DNA of 64,000 nucleotides from Octopus vulgaris (Eukaryota), in the NCBI GenBank assembly GCA_951406725.2, contig OX597824.1, positions 72,912,001 to 72,976,000 on the forward strand, read 5' to 3'. This document shows, one piece after another, positions 12,822 through 26,288 of the stretch; within the stretch, counting starts at the first letter, position 1, and each line of letters opens with the position of its first letter. Made by a program: the position numbers and the translations under genes. Below the pieces are notes generated by a model, which was not told the DNA's origin, did not search any database, and saw nothing but the letters and a program-made list of their open reading frames with translations.

Positions 12822-13340
12822 ATAATAACAATTTCTTGCATAAATACGAGGCTATCCATTTTCGTGGTGGTTGGTGGGAAGCGAAAAATCTATTATATCA
12901 AGATAAAAGACTTGATTGCTATTTTATCGATCTCTTTCTCGAGCAGGTATGAAATCCAAGCCTTATGTTGACTGGTGTCTTTATTTTTTTCAACCTCTTG
13001 AAAATCTAAGTATTTCACTGGTACGTATTTCATCGTCCCTGGAGTGAGGAAATTTAAATTTCAGTGCTTGGGCTGTGCTTTTATCTTTTCGGGCATGGAA
13101 GTCGATAAAATAAAATGCCAATCAGTAAATGATTAGGAATCAGTTCAGTCGACTATAATTCCTCTCCCCTACAAAAAAAAAATTCGTGGCCTTGTGCAAA
13201 ATTTGGACAGAAACTATTATTAGGATGTGTGTGTGCGCGGGTGTGTGAGTGAATGCGCGCGTGCACATGTGTTTGTGTGGATGCGAATGTGTGTTGATTT
13301 ATTCATTCTTGTATTCGGACATTTCATTTGTCTTGCTTGG

Positions 13341-13400
13341 TTACTGTTTGTGTTGTTTGCTGTTCGTGTTGAGATGAGATACAAGGGACATCAACGCTTT
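13341..13400 (-). CDS. Minus-strand gene, probable last coding exon (KALMSLVSHLNTNSKQHKQ*)
   Basis: Very strong polypyrimidine tract plus CAG acceptor at 13401-13403. Phase 0 matches the donor at 18121. TAA stop, with AATAAA about 40 nt downstream. Confidence 0.6.
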   Translation of the reverse strand, partial: KALMSLVSHLNTNSKQHKQ

Positions 13401-13462
13401 CTGAAAAAAAAAAAAAAAGAAAAGAAAAAAGAAGTATAAGTTATAACAACAACAACAACAAC

Positions 13463-13528
<66 letters not shown>

Positions 13529-13535
13529 TAATAAT

Positions 13536-13959
<424 letters not shown>

Positions 13960-14165
13960 CCTTTCTACTAAGGCACAAGACCTGAAATTCGGTGGAATTC
14001 GGTCGATTACATCGACCCCAGTACACAACTGGGGCTTATTATATCGACCCCGAAAAAAATGAAAGGCGAAGTCGACCTCGGCGGAATTTGAACTCAGAAC
14101 GTAAAGACTGACGAAATACCGCTAAGCATTTTGCCCGGCGTGCTAACGTTTCTTTAATAATAATA

Positions 14166-14197
<32 letters not shown>

Positions 14198-14628
14198 AAT
14201 AAAAATAATAATAATAATAATAATCTTTTCTACTCTAGGCACGAGATCCGACGTTTTGGGGGAGGGGGCCAGTCGATTAGATCGATCTCAGTACGCAACT
14301 GGTACTTAATTTATCAACCCCGAAAGGATGAAAAGCAAAGTCGACCTCAGCGGAATTTGAACTCAGAACGTAAAGACTGACGAAATACCTATTTCTATTT
14401 CTTTACTACCCACAAGGGGCTAAACACAGGGAGGATAAACAAGGACAGACAAACGGCTTAAGTCGATTATATCGACTCCAGTGCGTAACTGGTACTTAAT
14501 TTTTCGACCTCGGAAGGATGAAAGGCAAAGTCGACCTTGGCGGAATTTGAACTCAGAACGTAACGGCAGAGGAAATACGGCTGCGCATTTCGCCCGGCGT
14601 GCTAACGTTTCTGCCGGCTCGCCGCCTT
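13960..14628 (-). mobile_element. Cluster of SINE family D copies including a head-to-tail dimer
   Basis: Three successive SINE D bodies (GAAAGGCAAAGTCGACCTCGGCGGAATTTGAACTCAGAACG on the plus strand). Confidence 0.85.
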
Positions 14629-14658
14629 TAATAATAATAATAATAATAATAATAATTT

Positions 14659-15304
<646 letters not shown>

Positions 15305-15442
15305 CGACCAGGAATAAGACCAAACCTGAGTGAAGTCGAATAATAAGGCTAATAATAATCCTTTCATTTTTGGCAACATGGCTCCATATACAATACAGAT
15401 GTATCATACAAAAGATAGATAGATATGAATACCCGAGTATTC

Positions 15443-15604
<162 letters not shown>

Positions 15605-15607
15605 GAC

Positions 15608-15714
<107 letters not shown>

Positions 15715-15790
15715 TTACCTGTCTGTCTGTCTGTTTATCTATCCATCTGTCTGTATGTATGTATTGATGTGTGTATATATATATATATTA

Positions 15791-15848
<58 letters not shown>

Positions 15849-16039
15849 ACAGAGCCCTCTAAGAATCCATAAGTCAGAGCAGTCGCCATTTTTTACATTG
15901 CCTGCCATCGCTGATCAGCATACTTATTACACAACTTCTCAGTTACTTATTATCCAGTGCGAAACCTGTTAAGATCGGCTATTATGTATCGATAATACTG
16001 TATACTTTGATATATATATATATATATAAAATAATAAAT

Positions 16040-16278
16040 GCGCCCTTTTAAAGCCTAGCCAAGCTCATGGTCCCGGTTTCAATGGCGTATGTGTTCCCCA
16101 GCTTGACGGGACGCCAGTCCATCGCAGCCTTACTCATTTTTGCCAGTTGAGTGGACTGGAGCAATGTGAAATGAAGTGTTTTGCTCAAGAACACAACTCA
16201 TTGCCTGGTCCAGGAATCGAAACCACAATCTTACGATCATGATGCTGATACCCTACCCACTAAGCCACGTGCCTCCAC
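16040..16278 (-). mobile_element. tRNA-derived SINE, family B (Meta-SINE-like core)
   Basis: Reverse complement of 47803-48060. The core resembles CTCCAGTCCACTCAGCTGGCAAAAATGAGTA. Confidence 0.85.
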
Positions 16279-16590
16279 ACACACATACATACACACACAT
16301 GAGGTGCATTCCAGAAGTTTTGAGACTTTTTTAGTAGTGGCAGTTATAACTCTCTTAAGATTATAGTAATTTTAGTATATCATTGGTTGGCATCCTTTCT
16401 GTCTCGGGAGACAATGGAGTTGCGCATGAAGTAGTCTAGTCCTGCTTTTATATTTCATGTTCTGATACATTTCCTGCTGTGGCTGTGTAGTCCTATCCTG
16501 GACAAACACTCCCTCTGGCAGGTACCGCAAATGTAGCGAAGACTGTTCCTGGCTGGTTGTAGTGCCATAGTCTCTTGTTTAGGTCTCTTC

Positions 16591-16833
16591 CTGAAGATCT
16601 ACCAGGCATGTGTACTCAGCACTCTACTGTATGGAAGTGAGACCTGGACGCTATACACACGCCAAGAGCGTCGCCTAAACATCTTTCACCTGCGCTGCCT
16701 CCGAAAAATCCTCCGCATCAAATGGCAGAATCATATCCCCAACAAAGATGTCCTCAGGCAAGCAGGAATACCAAGCATGTTTGCACTCCTCACACAAAGA
16801 CGTATGAGATGGCTTGGGCATGTTAGCCGTATG
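16591..16833 (+). mobile_element. RTE-clade LINE ORF fragment
   Basis: Translates as LKIYQACVLSTLLYGSETWTLYTRQERRLNIFHLRCLRKILRIKWQNHIPNKDVLRQAGIPSMFALLTQRRMRWLGHVSRM, characteristic of the RTE post-RT region. Confidence 0.9.
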
Positions 16834-16949
16834 AAAGTATATCATTACAATACATCTAATAAGCTGACCTGCCAAGTTTTGATTGAAGGAAACGGCTGCA
16901 ACAGCACTTTGAAGACATCTTACTACACACTACTTGTCACATGTGACTA

Positions 16950-17400
16950 ATTTGCTGAATGCAGTCGGGATGTGAAGGCAGTCTAGAAACTTGTTATACA
17001 ATAAAGTTTTGCATTAAACTGGGAGAAATGCTGTAAAACTTATGAAATACTCCAAACTGCTTATGGGTTAACTTGTATGAGCCAAACATCTATTTATCGT
17101 TAGCACATGACGCCAGTTAAAGCAAGTCCACCGAAAAGCTTATAATGATCTCCTTTTTCGACAGCAAGGACATCATTTACATCTAGTAGGTTCTCTCTTG
17201 CCAAATGATCAACAAAAAAGTTCTTTGTGGAAATTTTGAGGGAGTTCAAGAAGATACTTCATAGTATAATGTCAGAACACCTGCACCAGGACATTACACC
17301 AGTCTACAATTCCATCCTGGTAATCAACTATTTGACAGAGATAAGCATCAAAACTGTCTCCCATCCTCCTTACAGTTCCGACTTTGTTCCCTATTTTTCC
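16950..17400 (+). mobile_element. Degenerate mariner transposase remnant
   Basis: IKFCIKLG...TYEILQTAYG at the N-terminus and SHPPYSSDFVP (the HPPYSPDLAP motif). Confidence 0.75.
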
Positions 17401-17531
17401 CAATACAATATCATATTTTCCCCTCTTAAATCTAAGTGATTCTGCATAGACTAGGGTAAAAGCATTTTTTACGAGAGACTTAATAATCTTTATCAAACTG
17501 AAAGCTTAACGAAAATAAAATTGCACAAATA

Positions 17532-17796
17532 GGCGCAGGAGTGGATGTGTGGTAAGTAGCTTGCTAACCAACCACATGGTTCTGGGTTCAATCCCACTGC
17601 GTGGCATCTTGGGCAAGTGTCTTCTGCTATAGCCCCGGGCCGACCAATGCCTTGTGAGTGGATTTGGTAGACGGAAACTGAAAGAAGCCTGTCGTATATA
17701 TGTATATATATATATATGTATGTGTGTTTGTGTGTCTGTGTTTGTCCCCCTAGCATTGTGAGTGGATTTGGTAGACGGAAACTGAAAGAAATCTGT

Positions 17797-17865
<69 letters not shown>

Positions 17866-18095
17866 ATGTTTGTGTGTCTGTGTTTGTCCCTCAAGCATTG
17901 GTTGACAACCGATGCTGGTGTGTGTTTACGTCCCCGTCACTTAGCGGTTCGGCAAAAGAGACCGATAGAATAAGTACTGGGCTTACAAAGAATAAGTCCC
18001 GGGGTCGATTTGCTCGACTAAAGGCGGTGCTCCAGCATGGCCGCAGTCAAATGACTGAAACAAGTAAAAGAGTAAAAGAGTAAAGAGTAAAGAGT
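17532..18095 (+). mobile_element. SINE family C, full length, with internal duplication
   Basis: Head GGCGCAGGAGTGG..TGTGGTAAG, B-box-like GGTTCAATCCC, internal (TA)n(TG)n, and tail GACTGAAACAAGTAAAAGAG. Confidence 0.9.
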
Positions 18096-18121
18096 AAACA
18101 TTAATTGATTTTTTTTCTTAC

Positions 18122-18934
18122 CTCGTCGTTGTTGCTATCTTGATCCTTGCTAGCCATTTGTGTTACGGTTTCGGCCGCTTTTGTTTTAGGAATGTTCATT
18201 ACAGGTTTACGTCGATGGCTTATCAAACGACGTTCCTTAGACATCTGCTGATGAGTTCGGTGGACTTTGTCTTCCATATTAGCTGTGTTCTTAGCTGCAG
18301 ATTGTAATGAGATGTTTTTGCTTGAAAGAATCTCTTTGGTACGATTCGTCCTTCTGGGAACGAGTCTGCGATGAGAATATATTGGCAACTGAAGAGGTAA
18401 ACCAACTTCCTTGCCCTTCTTGTGACTTTCCTTTAAGTTTTGACCATTTACTGAAGAAAGAATTTCTTTTGAGGATTTATGGGGAACAGTTTTACTGGCA
18501 GATGTTACCACCTGCTTTGCGTGGCCAACACCAACCCAGTCTCTGTCCTCTCGATCTGCCTCCTTATTCTGAGGGGAGATACCAGTCGATTTATGGATTT
18601 TGATCAATTCTACGGAAGCGTTCTTTTCTGAATCCAACTGCGTGTCTGCTAGTTGATCGTCATCCTGCAATTCCTGTTTTATCGATATGTGTTCCTCATC
18701 CTGTGTTCCCGAAAGATCTGGACGTTGTGCAACTCTAACGGGTTTCTCTTTCTTAATCGGTAGAACTGGAAAGCCATTTGAGAAGTTCTTCTCGCCGACA
18801 GATGTTCTTTGTAAGTCGGTTTCGTACTGGAAATTTTCATTGTCTTCTCTTGAGTCGTCCTCCGCAAGGGCAGAGTTCTCGTTAAAATCTGGTGCACGAG
18901 GGTTGTTATCAACTGGGTGCTGAGCTGTGGAAAC
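18122..18934 (-). CDS. Minus-strand gene, 813-nt internal exon (VSTAQHPVDNNP...SKDQDSNNDE), phase 0/0
   Basis: 271 uninterrupted codons bounded by TTTGCTGACAG| and GAG|GTAAGA. It extends the ORF-track entry 18101..18670. Confidence 0.85.
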
Positions 18935-19814
18935 CTGTCAGCAAATGATAGTTCAAATGTTAATTGAATCTGTTTCAACAAAATTCATGACTGGATACAA
19001 ACACAATGAAAGACAAAGCTGCTCGAGAGTATGAGAGAAAAGAACTGAGGGTTCGAATCCCTTTGTCAGAATTACTCAGAACCAATGAAAAAGTCGTTCG
19101 ACATGGTCGTTCGACTTTGAAATAACAGCTAAATCTTCAAACCAACCACAGTATACTGTCTTAAAAAGAACACCTTGGATAATGTAAAAGGACGGTATCA
19201 AGGCTGGAATGCTCATTTAATCATTTGTTTGTTCAATTAGGAGCGACATGGGAACAACAAAAATAACAATTAAAAAAAAAAACAATTCTAGTATTGGACT
19301 GTAAAGTCCAGTAAGAGTTATTAATTACTGATCAACTGGAAACTATAGGAGTTGGCACTTGCCCAAGCTTCAGCACAATGGAATCAAACCACGTGACTGA
19401 AATAAGCTTCTTAAACACACCATTGTTGCGCCAATAGACAGAGAGTTAGAATAGTTAATTATAAAGATGGCAGGGTGAATAAAGAGCTTGATAAAGAGGA
19501 AGATGAGCAGGTGAGTACATATGTTGGCAGGTAGGTATCAAACAGTTAATTAAAGAGAGAGATCGATGAATGATGGGTTAGACAAAGAGAGGAATGAATA
19601 GGTAGATAGATAGGTGGTTAGATAGTTAATAAAAAGAATAAGCCGATGAATAAAAGGGTAGATAGAGAAGCAAATGAATATGTAGATAGACGGTAGATAA
19701 TTAATGAAAATGATAGGCCATGGAATAAAAGGTTAAACTAAGAGGGAAATGAATAGGTAGTTATGAGGTGGTCTCAGGTTCTCGGACTAGATATGCTTGA
19801 TAAAAAAATTACTT

Positions 19815-20185
19815 ATTTTCTTTTATTTGTTTCAGTCATTTGACTGCGGCCATGCTGGAGCACCGCCTTTAGTCGAACAAGTCAACCCCCAGGACTCATT
19901 CTTTGTAAGCCTAGTGCTTATTCTATCGTTCACTTTTGTCGAACTTCTACGTTACAGGGACGTAAACACACCAGCATCGGTTGCCTAGCGATAGTGGCGG
20001 GACAAACACACACACACACACACACACACACGTATACGAAATCCACTCACAAAATCCACTCACAAAGCTTCGGTCAGCCCGAGGCTATAGCAGAAAATAC
20101 TTGCTCAAGGTGCCACGCAGTGGGACTGAACCCGGAACCATACGGTTGGTAAGCAAGCTACTTACCACACAGCTACTCCTGCGCC
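19815..20185 (-). mobile_element. SINE family C
   Basis: Reverse complement of 17532-18095. Confidence 0.85.
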
Positions 20186-20600
20186 TACCTAAGTTTTAAT
20201 ATCATCTCCTTCCAAATAGTCGCCTTGCGCAGCAATACACCGGTTCCAACGTTCCTGCCACTTTTGGAATCCTGCATGGAAGTCGTTTTCTGTAAGCGAG
20301 TCGAGGACATTCTGCGATTCGCTCTGGATCTCAATAACGGTATTAAAACGGTTTTACCTTTGAGCTGCCCTTTCATCTTGGGGAAGAGAGGGAAGTCCAC
20401 TGGTACTAAACCTGGAGAATAGGGCCGGTGCGGAGTGTGAGCAGAGCTTGGTGACAGAGTGCATTGTCGTTGTGAAGAATCCAATTGTTTGAGATCCACA
20501 GATCCGAAATTTCGGCTTTCGTCGAAATTTCTCCCTCAAACGTTTCAAAACGCTTTTTAGGGGGTCCACGCAACAAAATAGTAAATTGAGGATCCACAAT
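20186..20600 (-). mobile_element. Mariner transposase C-terminal remnant
   Basis: WILHNDNALCH and PHRPYSPGLVPVDFPLFPKMKGQLKGK motifs in shifted frames. Confidence 0.85.
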
Positions 20601-20939
20601 ATCGTTTTAAGGGCTCTGAAATAATTTTGCTTTAGATGTCTGTATTGGTATGTATTGCAAGAAATGGCTAGGTTTCTTTCTCTAACGTTTTACACAGTTC
20701 AACCGATACAAGTTGATGTGGGAAAAACAAAATAGATATTTTGAAAGAAACTTCTATAAAACTTGTTTTTAAACATCGAATGACTGTGGTGGTCCGCCAG
20801 AATAAAATAGTAATTAAAGGGGTCCATAGGTAAAAAAAATGGTTGAGAACTCTTGGGTTAGATAAAGAAACAAATGGATAAGCAAAAAGGTAATAGTGAG
20901 ATGGATAGAAGGATATGGAAATACGAAATATTAGCATAC

Positions 20940-21352
20940 CTCAACATTCTCATGGTCATCGTTAGCCTCTTCTGTAATTGTTTTAACAGGCGCCTCAACA
21001 AAACCCCTGTCGGTATTGACTTTATCTTGCTTACTTTTGCTATCCGTGAAATGACTGGCTGTATTGCTCTCATACTTGTTATCAACACTGCTGCTGCCGC
21101 CACCACTACTGCTGTCGCCGCCGCTGCTGCTGCCGCTGTTGCTGCTGCTGCTGCCGCTATTGCTGCTGCTGCTGCCGCTGTTGCTGCTGCTGCCGCTGCT
21201 CGTTCTTTCTGATACTCGAAGTTTTCTAACGTCATTGCGTTTCTCCGGCAAAGCGAGTTTCTTGGCTCGTTTGCTCTGTTTTAGCGTCTGGCCAAATGTG
21301 TCCGGCTGCCGATGCCCCGCCAGACCTTTCTCCAAGGAATGGAAAAAAGAAC
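20940..21352 (-). CDS. Minus-strand gene, 413-nt exon with Ser/Gly-rich repeat (GSFFHSLEKG...DDHENVE), phase 1/0
   Basis: TTTTGTAG| acceptor, GAG|GTATGC donor and an open frame. Phases match both neighbouring exons. Confidence 0.8.
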
Positions 21353-21367
21353 CTACAAAATAATTAA

Positions 21368-21401
<34 letters not shown>

Positions 21402-21669
21402 CTTCTACATTATTTTAAGAAATACATGTTTATATGGACTTCCGGTAACGCATGCGCAATGATATACAGTAACCCCTTCTATATTGTCTCCGGCCAGAGT
21501 GATGTGTTCATGACAGGACTACAGTTTATGCGCATGTGCTAACACAAGTAATCTCTCATTTGAATTCCTTCTTGATAAGCATTGCATGTGCGAATATTTC
21601 TACAACTTCATTTTCTATTTGTGTTTGTTATAAATCATTCAAAAATTTCCATCGCATTTTTCTTTGAAA

Positions 21670-21962
21670 TAACAGCTGGGGTATTCTACCAGCAGTATAT
21701 TGGATAGATATTATCCCTTAGTTGGTTGGATTCACAATCTCTAACTTTCTTGGAATTTATTGATTAAGGTGTATTTCTCCATTTTCTTATTTTGTATTAT
21801 GAATTTGGGGTAAAACATTTTACCTTCGCCCATATAATACAATAAATGAATTAATTGCATCGCAATTCTTAACATTTATGTATTAACTTTGTTGGGTGCT
21901 TTACTGGCAATATATTGGATATATGTTATCCCATAGTGGGTTGCACGCACAACCCCTATCTC

Positions 21963-21965
<3 letters not shown>
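21670..21965 (+). repeat. Interspersed repeat with an internal direct repeat; related copy at 42770-42872
   Basis: The motif GCA(G/A)TATATTGGATA(G/T)AT(A/G)TTATCCC occurs twice here and once at about 42813. It abuts (TA)n. Confidence 0.6.
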
Positions 21966-22024
<59 letters not shown>

Positions 22025-22483
22025 TATTTACATGCTACTATTTATAGCTTTGTCCACAGTTAAAAGCAAATTATATATACACACACACACACATTCACAC
22101 ACACACATACGTACGTACATACACATACACAAATATATACAAACGAGTGAAAATGCAGAGAACACCTTTCGTTAGGTTTTCATTTATTTGCATCCGAATT
22201 AGAATCGCATTACTTTAAGTTTCACAAGTGAGAGAAAAACAATCCAGTGAAACGATTCTGCTCAAACGTGCATATATATATATAAAGAAATCAGCCAGTT
22301 AACACAGACGTTACAAATGCAACATGTGAGAGGAACAGTAAAAATATGCAAGAGTTTTATCAAGTTCAACATGCAATATTGATTCTGTCATCTACAATGC
22401 CAAAAATATGGAACTTATTGTCATTGTTAGAAGCCAGCTCCTTCTTCACAGGAAGAATTCAAATAATTAAAAGATAGAAGAGT

Positions 22484-22557
<74 letters not shown>

Positions 22558-23069
22558 ACAATTACATACATGCATATGTATACATATATGTGTTCATATA
22601 TATGTATAACGGTATGTACACACACACGAACACATAGACATACATACATGTACTTACATACGCATGCATATATTCATACATATACACATGTATGTATACA
22701 TACGGCTGTGTGTGCACACACATGCATATATGGACAGATAAATAAACAAACAGATAGACATCGAGAGAGAAAGAGAGCAGGAGAGAAAATTCCTGCCTGT
22801 TATTCTTTTTTTAAAATCCAATTTGTGTAAGTAATTTGCTTTTATATCCGTTAAGTTAATGGAAACCAATGTTTGTTCATTCTGTCGTATCTTCAATTAG
22901 ATTAAACAACACAACAGCATGAGTTCGCCTCATATATACACAAATCCTTTTAAAGCTGCGTGATGCAATTACGAGCGCGCGCACACACATACGCCTCGCC
23001 CCGAAGCACACCTAAAATTTCTTGCTCATATGTATACGTGTGTGTGTGTGTGTGTGTGTATCTTTATCA

Positions 23070-23142
<73 letters not shown>

Positions 23143-23143
23143 A

Positions 23144-23207
<64 letters not shown>

Positions 23208-23393
23208 TCAATAAATGGTGGGGTTGTGTTGACCGCACGTGGAGAAATGATAATTTCACCTAACTATTCTTGATAAGTCAAACTATGACGAAAACCGGTT
23301 TGAATAAATATATATTTATATATTTTTTCATTTTCTCATTTCATTAAAATTTTCTTTCAATCGAGCATTCTGCATTTTTACAATTTTTCCTTG

Positions 23394-23446
<53 letters not shown>

Positions 23447-23559
23447 TTAAGGGGGTGCGTGCGTTTCATCATATAATACATTAATAAATAAAATAAAACA
23501 TATGCATATATATAAACATATATGTACGTACCTACCTCTACATGTACATATACACGCAT

Positions 23560-24050
23560 ATATGAGTACAGGACACCAAAAGGACGTCGAACACAATGAG
23601 AAACGAAAACATAGACACAAACCAAAGGAACTGGACATTTTTTTAAAAACAGCAAAAAAATAGAGTACAGGACAATTAACACAAAGGAAAAACCCCTTCT
23701 TCAGTCGCTATGGTTTCATCTACTCGACGTTTCGAAGGATAAAAGCGAGACGTATCTTCGACAAGAAACTTTCTTTCCTACGAAAAGCAAATAAATTAAA
23801 ATTCTGAGATCTTTTCGCAGAGGGGTAAAAAATGGTAACAAAAACAGGACAGTAACGACAGTACAAATTATAAACAGTAAAAGACAGGACAAGGAAAAAC
23901 AAGATAAGAAGGGCTGTTAACGCCGAACGAAAAAAAAGTATTGCGAACGCGGAATTTTTTATGAACGACGAGCGGAGCAAAAAGAATGTCGTCCATTACC
24001 TTGAGAGGGCCAGGCCAGAGAGACAGCAGCGGAAGTCACGTCGCCTTCAT
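23560..24050 (-). mobile_element. Penelope-like 3' terminal region with degenerate hammerhead (23724-23768)
   Basis: The minus strand reads TTC-TTGTCGA-AGATA...TATC-CTTC-GAAAC-GTC-GAG. Flanked by TA-rich microsatellites. Confidence 0.45.
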
Positions 24051-24060
24051 TCTTTGATTT

Positions 24061-24110
<50 letters not shown>

Positions 24111-24124
24111 TAGATAGATATTGC

Positions 24125-24427
24125 CTACAGGGGTCTAAACCTAGAGGGGATAAACAGGGACAGACAAAGGGATTAAGTCGATTACGTCGACCCCAGTGCG
24201 TAACTGGTACTTATTTAATCGACCCAGAAAAGTTGAAAGGTAAAGTCGAATTCGGCGCATTGTGAAATCAGAACGTAACGGCAATCGAAATACCTATTTC
24301 TTTACTACCCATAACGAGCTAAACACAGAGAGGACAATCAAGGACAGACAAACGGATTAAGTCGATTATATCCACCCCAGCGCGTAACTGGTACTTATTT
24401 AATCGACCCCGAAAGGATGAAAGTCAA

Positions 24428-24430
<3 letters not shown>
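24125..24430 (-). mobile_element. SINE family D tandem dimer (truncated)
   Basis: Two successive SINE D body-plus-tail units. Confidence 0.8.
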
Positions 24431-24475
<45 letters not shown>

Positions 24476-24481
24476 AGAATT

Positions 24482-24905
24482 AGCACTTCCTTCTCTAAGC
24501 CTAGATTCGAAACCGAATCCAAGAATTCTCGGTCGTCCAAACCACGACGATCAACGGGGGCGAAAAATGGTTTGCTTTGTTCTGCCCAAAACCAGACATA
24601 CTGCAGCAGAGTTTGTACCAAAGTAGGTCAGCGCTTGTCCAGTTGAACTTCGCTTGACATAGCTGAGGTCGCAGGTCAAAGGGAGCACTTCCTTCTCTAA
24701 GCCTAGATTCGAAACCGAATCCAAGAATTCTCGGTCGTCCAAACCACGACGATCAACAGGCGCGAAAAAAGTTTTGCTTTGTTCTGTCAAAAATTGATTG
24801 ATCATCTCCCTTTGACCTTTCGACCTCAGCGATGTCAGGCGAAGTTCAACTGGACAAGCGCTGACCTACTTAGGTACTAACTCTGCTGCAGTATGTCTGT
24901 TTTTG
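24482..24905. repeat. A-B-A-B' repeat structure (103-bp direct repeats plus about 99-bp inverted repeats)
   Basis: A lies at 24482-24584 and 24684-24786. B lies at 24587-24685, with its reverse complement at 24806-24905. Confidence 0.9.
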
Positions 24906-25253
24906 TAGGTGCCACAAATATTATAAAACCAAGTGAAACAGGAGAGGCAGCAGACAATAGCAGCAGAGACGGGAGAAGACACATGAGATAGATTTATCCA
25001 CGACCCAAGGTTTTTGGCAGACGACAGACACTAGAGAAATGCTCAAAGTGCCGATCGACTACTGTTGCGAATGAAACACGTACACACGTACACACACACA
25101 AACATATTCATTTCTAATATGTACTCTATTCAAGCAACTCGTAGCAGTTGCCTGCATTTTGTATGTAGTGACCAATCACTAAACTAACACTGTAAATAAA
25201 TAATTTTCAATCATAAATCGGTTTATGTATTTGTTTACATACACACTTAACCA

Positions 25254-25367
<114 letters not shown>

Positions 25368-25721
25368 CATTTGGGGTTATAACATATATATTTGGGGTTA
25401 TATCCCCAAATGTAATTGGTAGAACTATATGCATATTCAATCTCATGCGGACGTTTCGTATATAGTTCTTCAAATTATAATTTTGCAATGACGATCACAC
25501 TGATGAACTGCGGACATTTACGTAAGTACTACATAAGTGGTAACTATGAAATCGGATTTGTGATTAATCTTTATATTTTGTATCTTTTCATTTGTCTTGC
25601 TAGCTTACGTTCTGGCGTTTGCTGAATTTTCTTGAGAATAATCTTTTCTTAGTGGTCAGACCATATGGGGTCTACCTCTAGCATAATAGCTGTCCACTTA
25701 GTGGTCATCCCTCTTATATAC

Positions 25722-26090
25722 TCTCTTTTACTCTTTTACTTGTTTCAGTCATTTGACTGCGGCCATGCTGGAGCACCGCCTTTAGTCGAGCAAATCGACC
25801 CCGGGACTTATTCTTTGTAAGCCCAGTACTTATTCTATCGGTCTCTTTAGCCGATCCGCTAAGTGACGGGGACGTAAACACACCAGTATCGGTTGTCAAG
25901 CAATGTTAGGGGGACAAACACAAACACACATATATATATATACATATATACGACAGGCTTCTTTCAGTTTCCATCTACCAAATCCACTCACAAGGCATTG
26001 GTCGGCCCGGGGCTATAGCAGAAGACACTTGCCCAAGATGCCACGCAGTGGACTGAACCCGGAACCATGTTGTTGGTTAGTAAGCTACTT
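25722..26090 (-). mobile_element. SINE family C
   Basis: Homologous to the other family C copies. Confidence 0.85.
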
Positions 26091-26091
26091 G

Positions 26092-26154
<63 letters not shown>

Positions 26155-26250
26155 CGGGAAGCTTTATGAAAATAAGCAAAAGACGAAGGCAGGTGGAGTA
26201 CAAACAAACAATTGTATTAGTATAGCGCTCAGGAATATAAATAAAACAAG

Positions 26251-26288
26251 TCTTTTACGTTTCGAGCCTACGCTCTTCAACAGAAAGA
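26251..26288 (-). ncRNA. Minimal type-I hammerhead motif in the PLE pseudo-LTR (core variant CUGUUGA)
   Basis: TCTTT-CTGTTGA-A-GAGC-GTAG-GCTC-GAAAC-GTA-AAAGA. Stem I is TCTTT/AAAGA, stem II is GAGC/GCTC, and a palindromic ACGT stands in place of stem III. Confidence 0.7.

Noticed and set aside
15939-15965. Alternative phase-0 terminal exon (VSHWIISN*)
   Set aside because: The polypyrimidine tract is weak, and the 13400 acceptor is far stronger.
20858-21235. Poly-alanine ORFs on both strands
   Set aside because: They are alternative frames of the Ser/Gly exon. Only the Ser/Gly frame fits the splice sites and phases.
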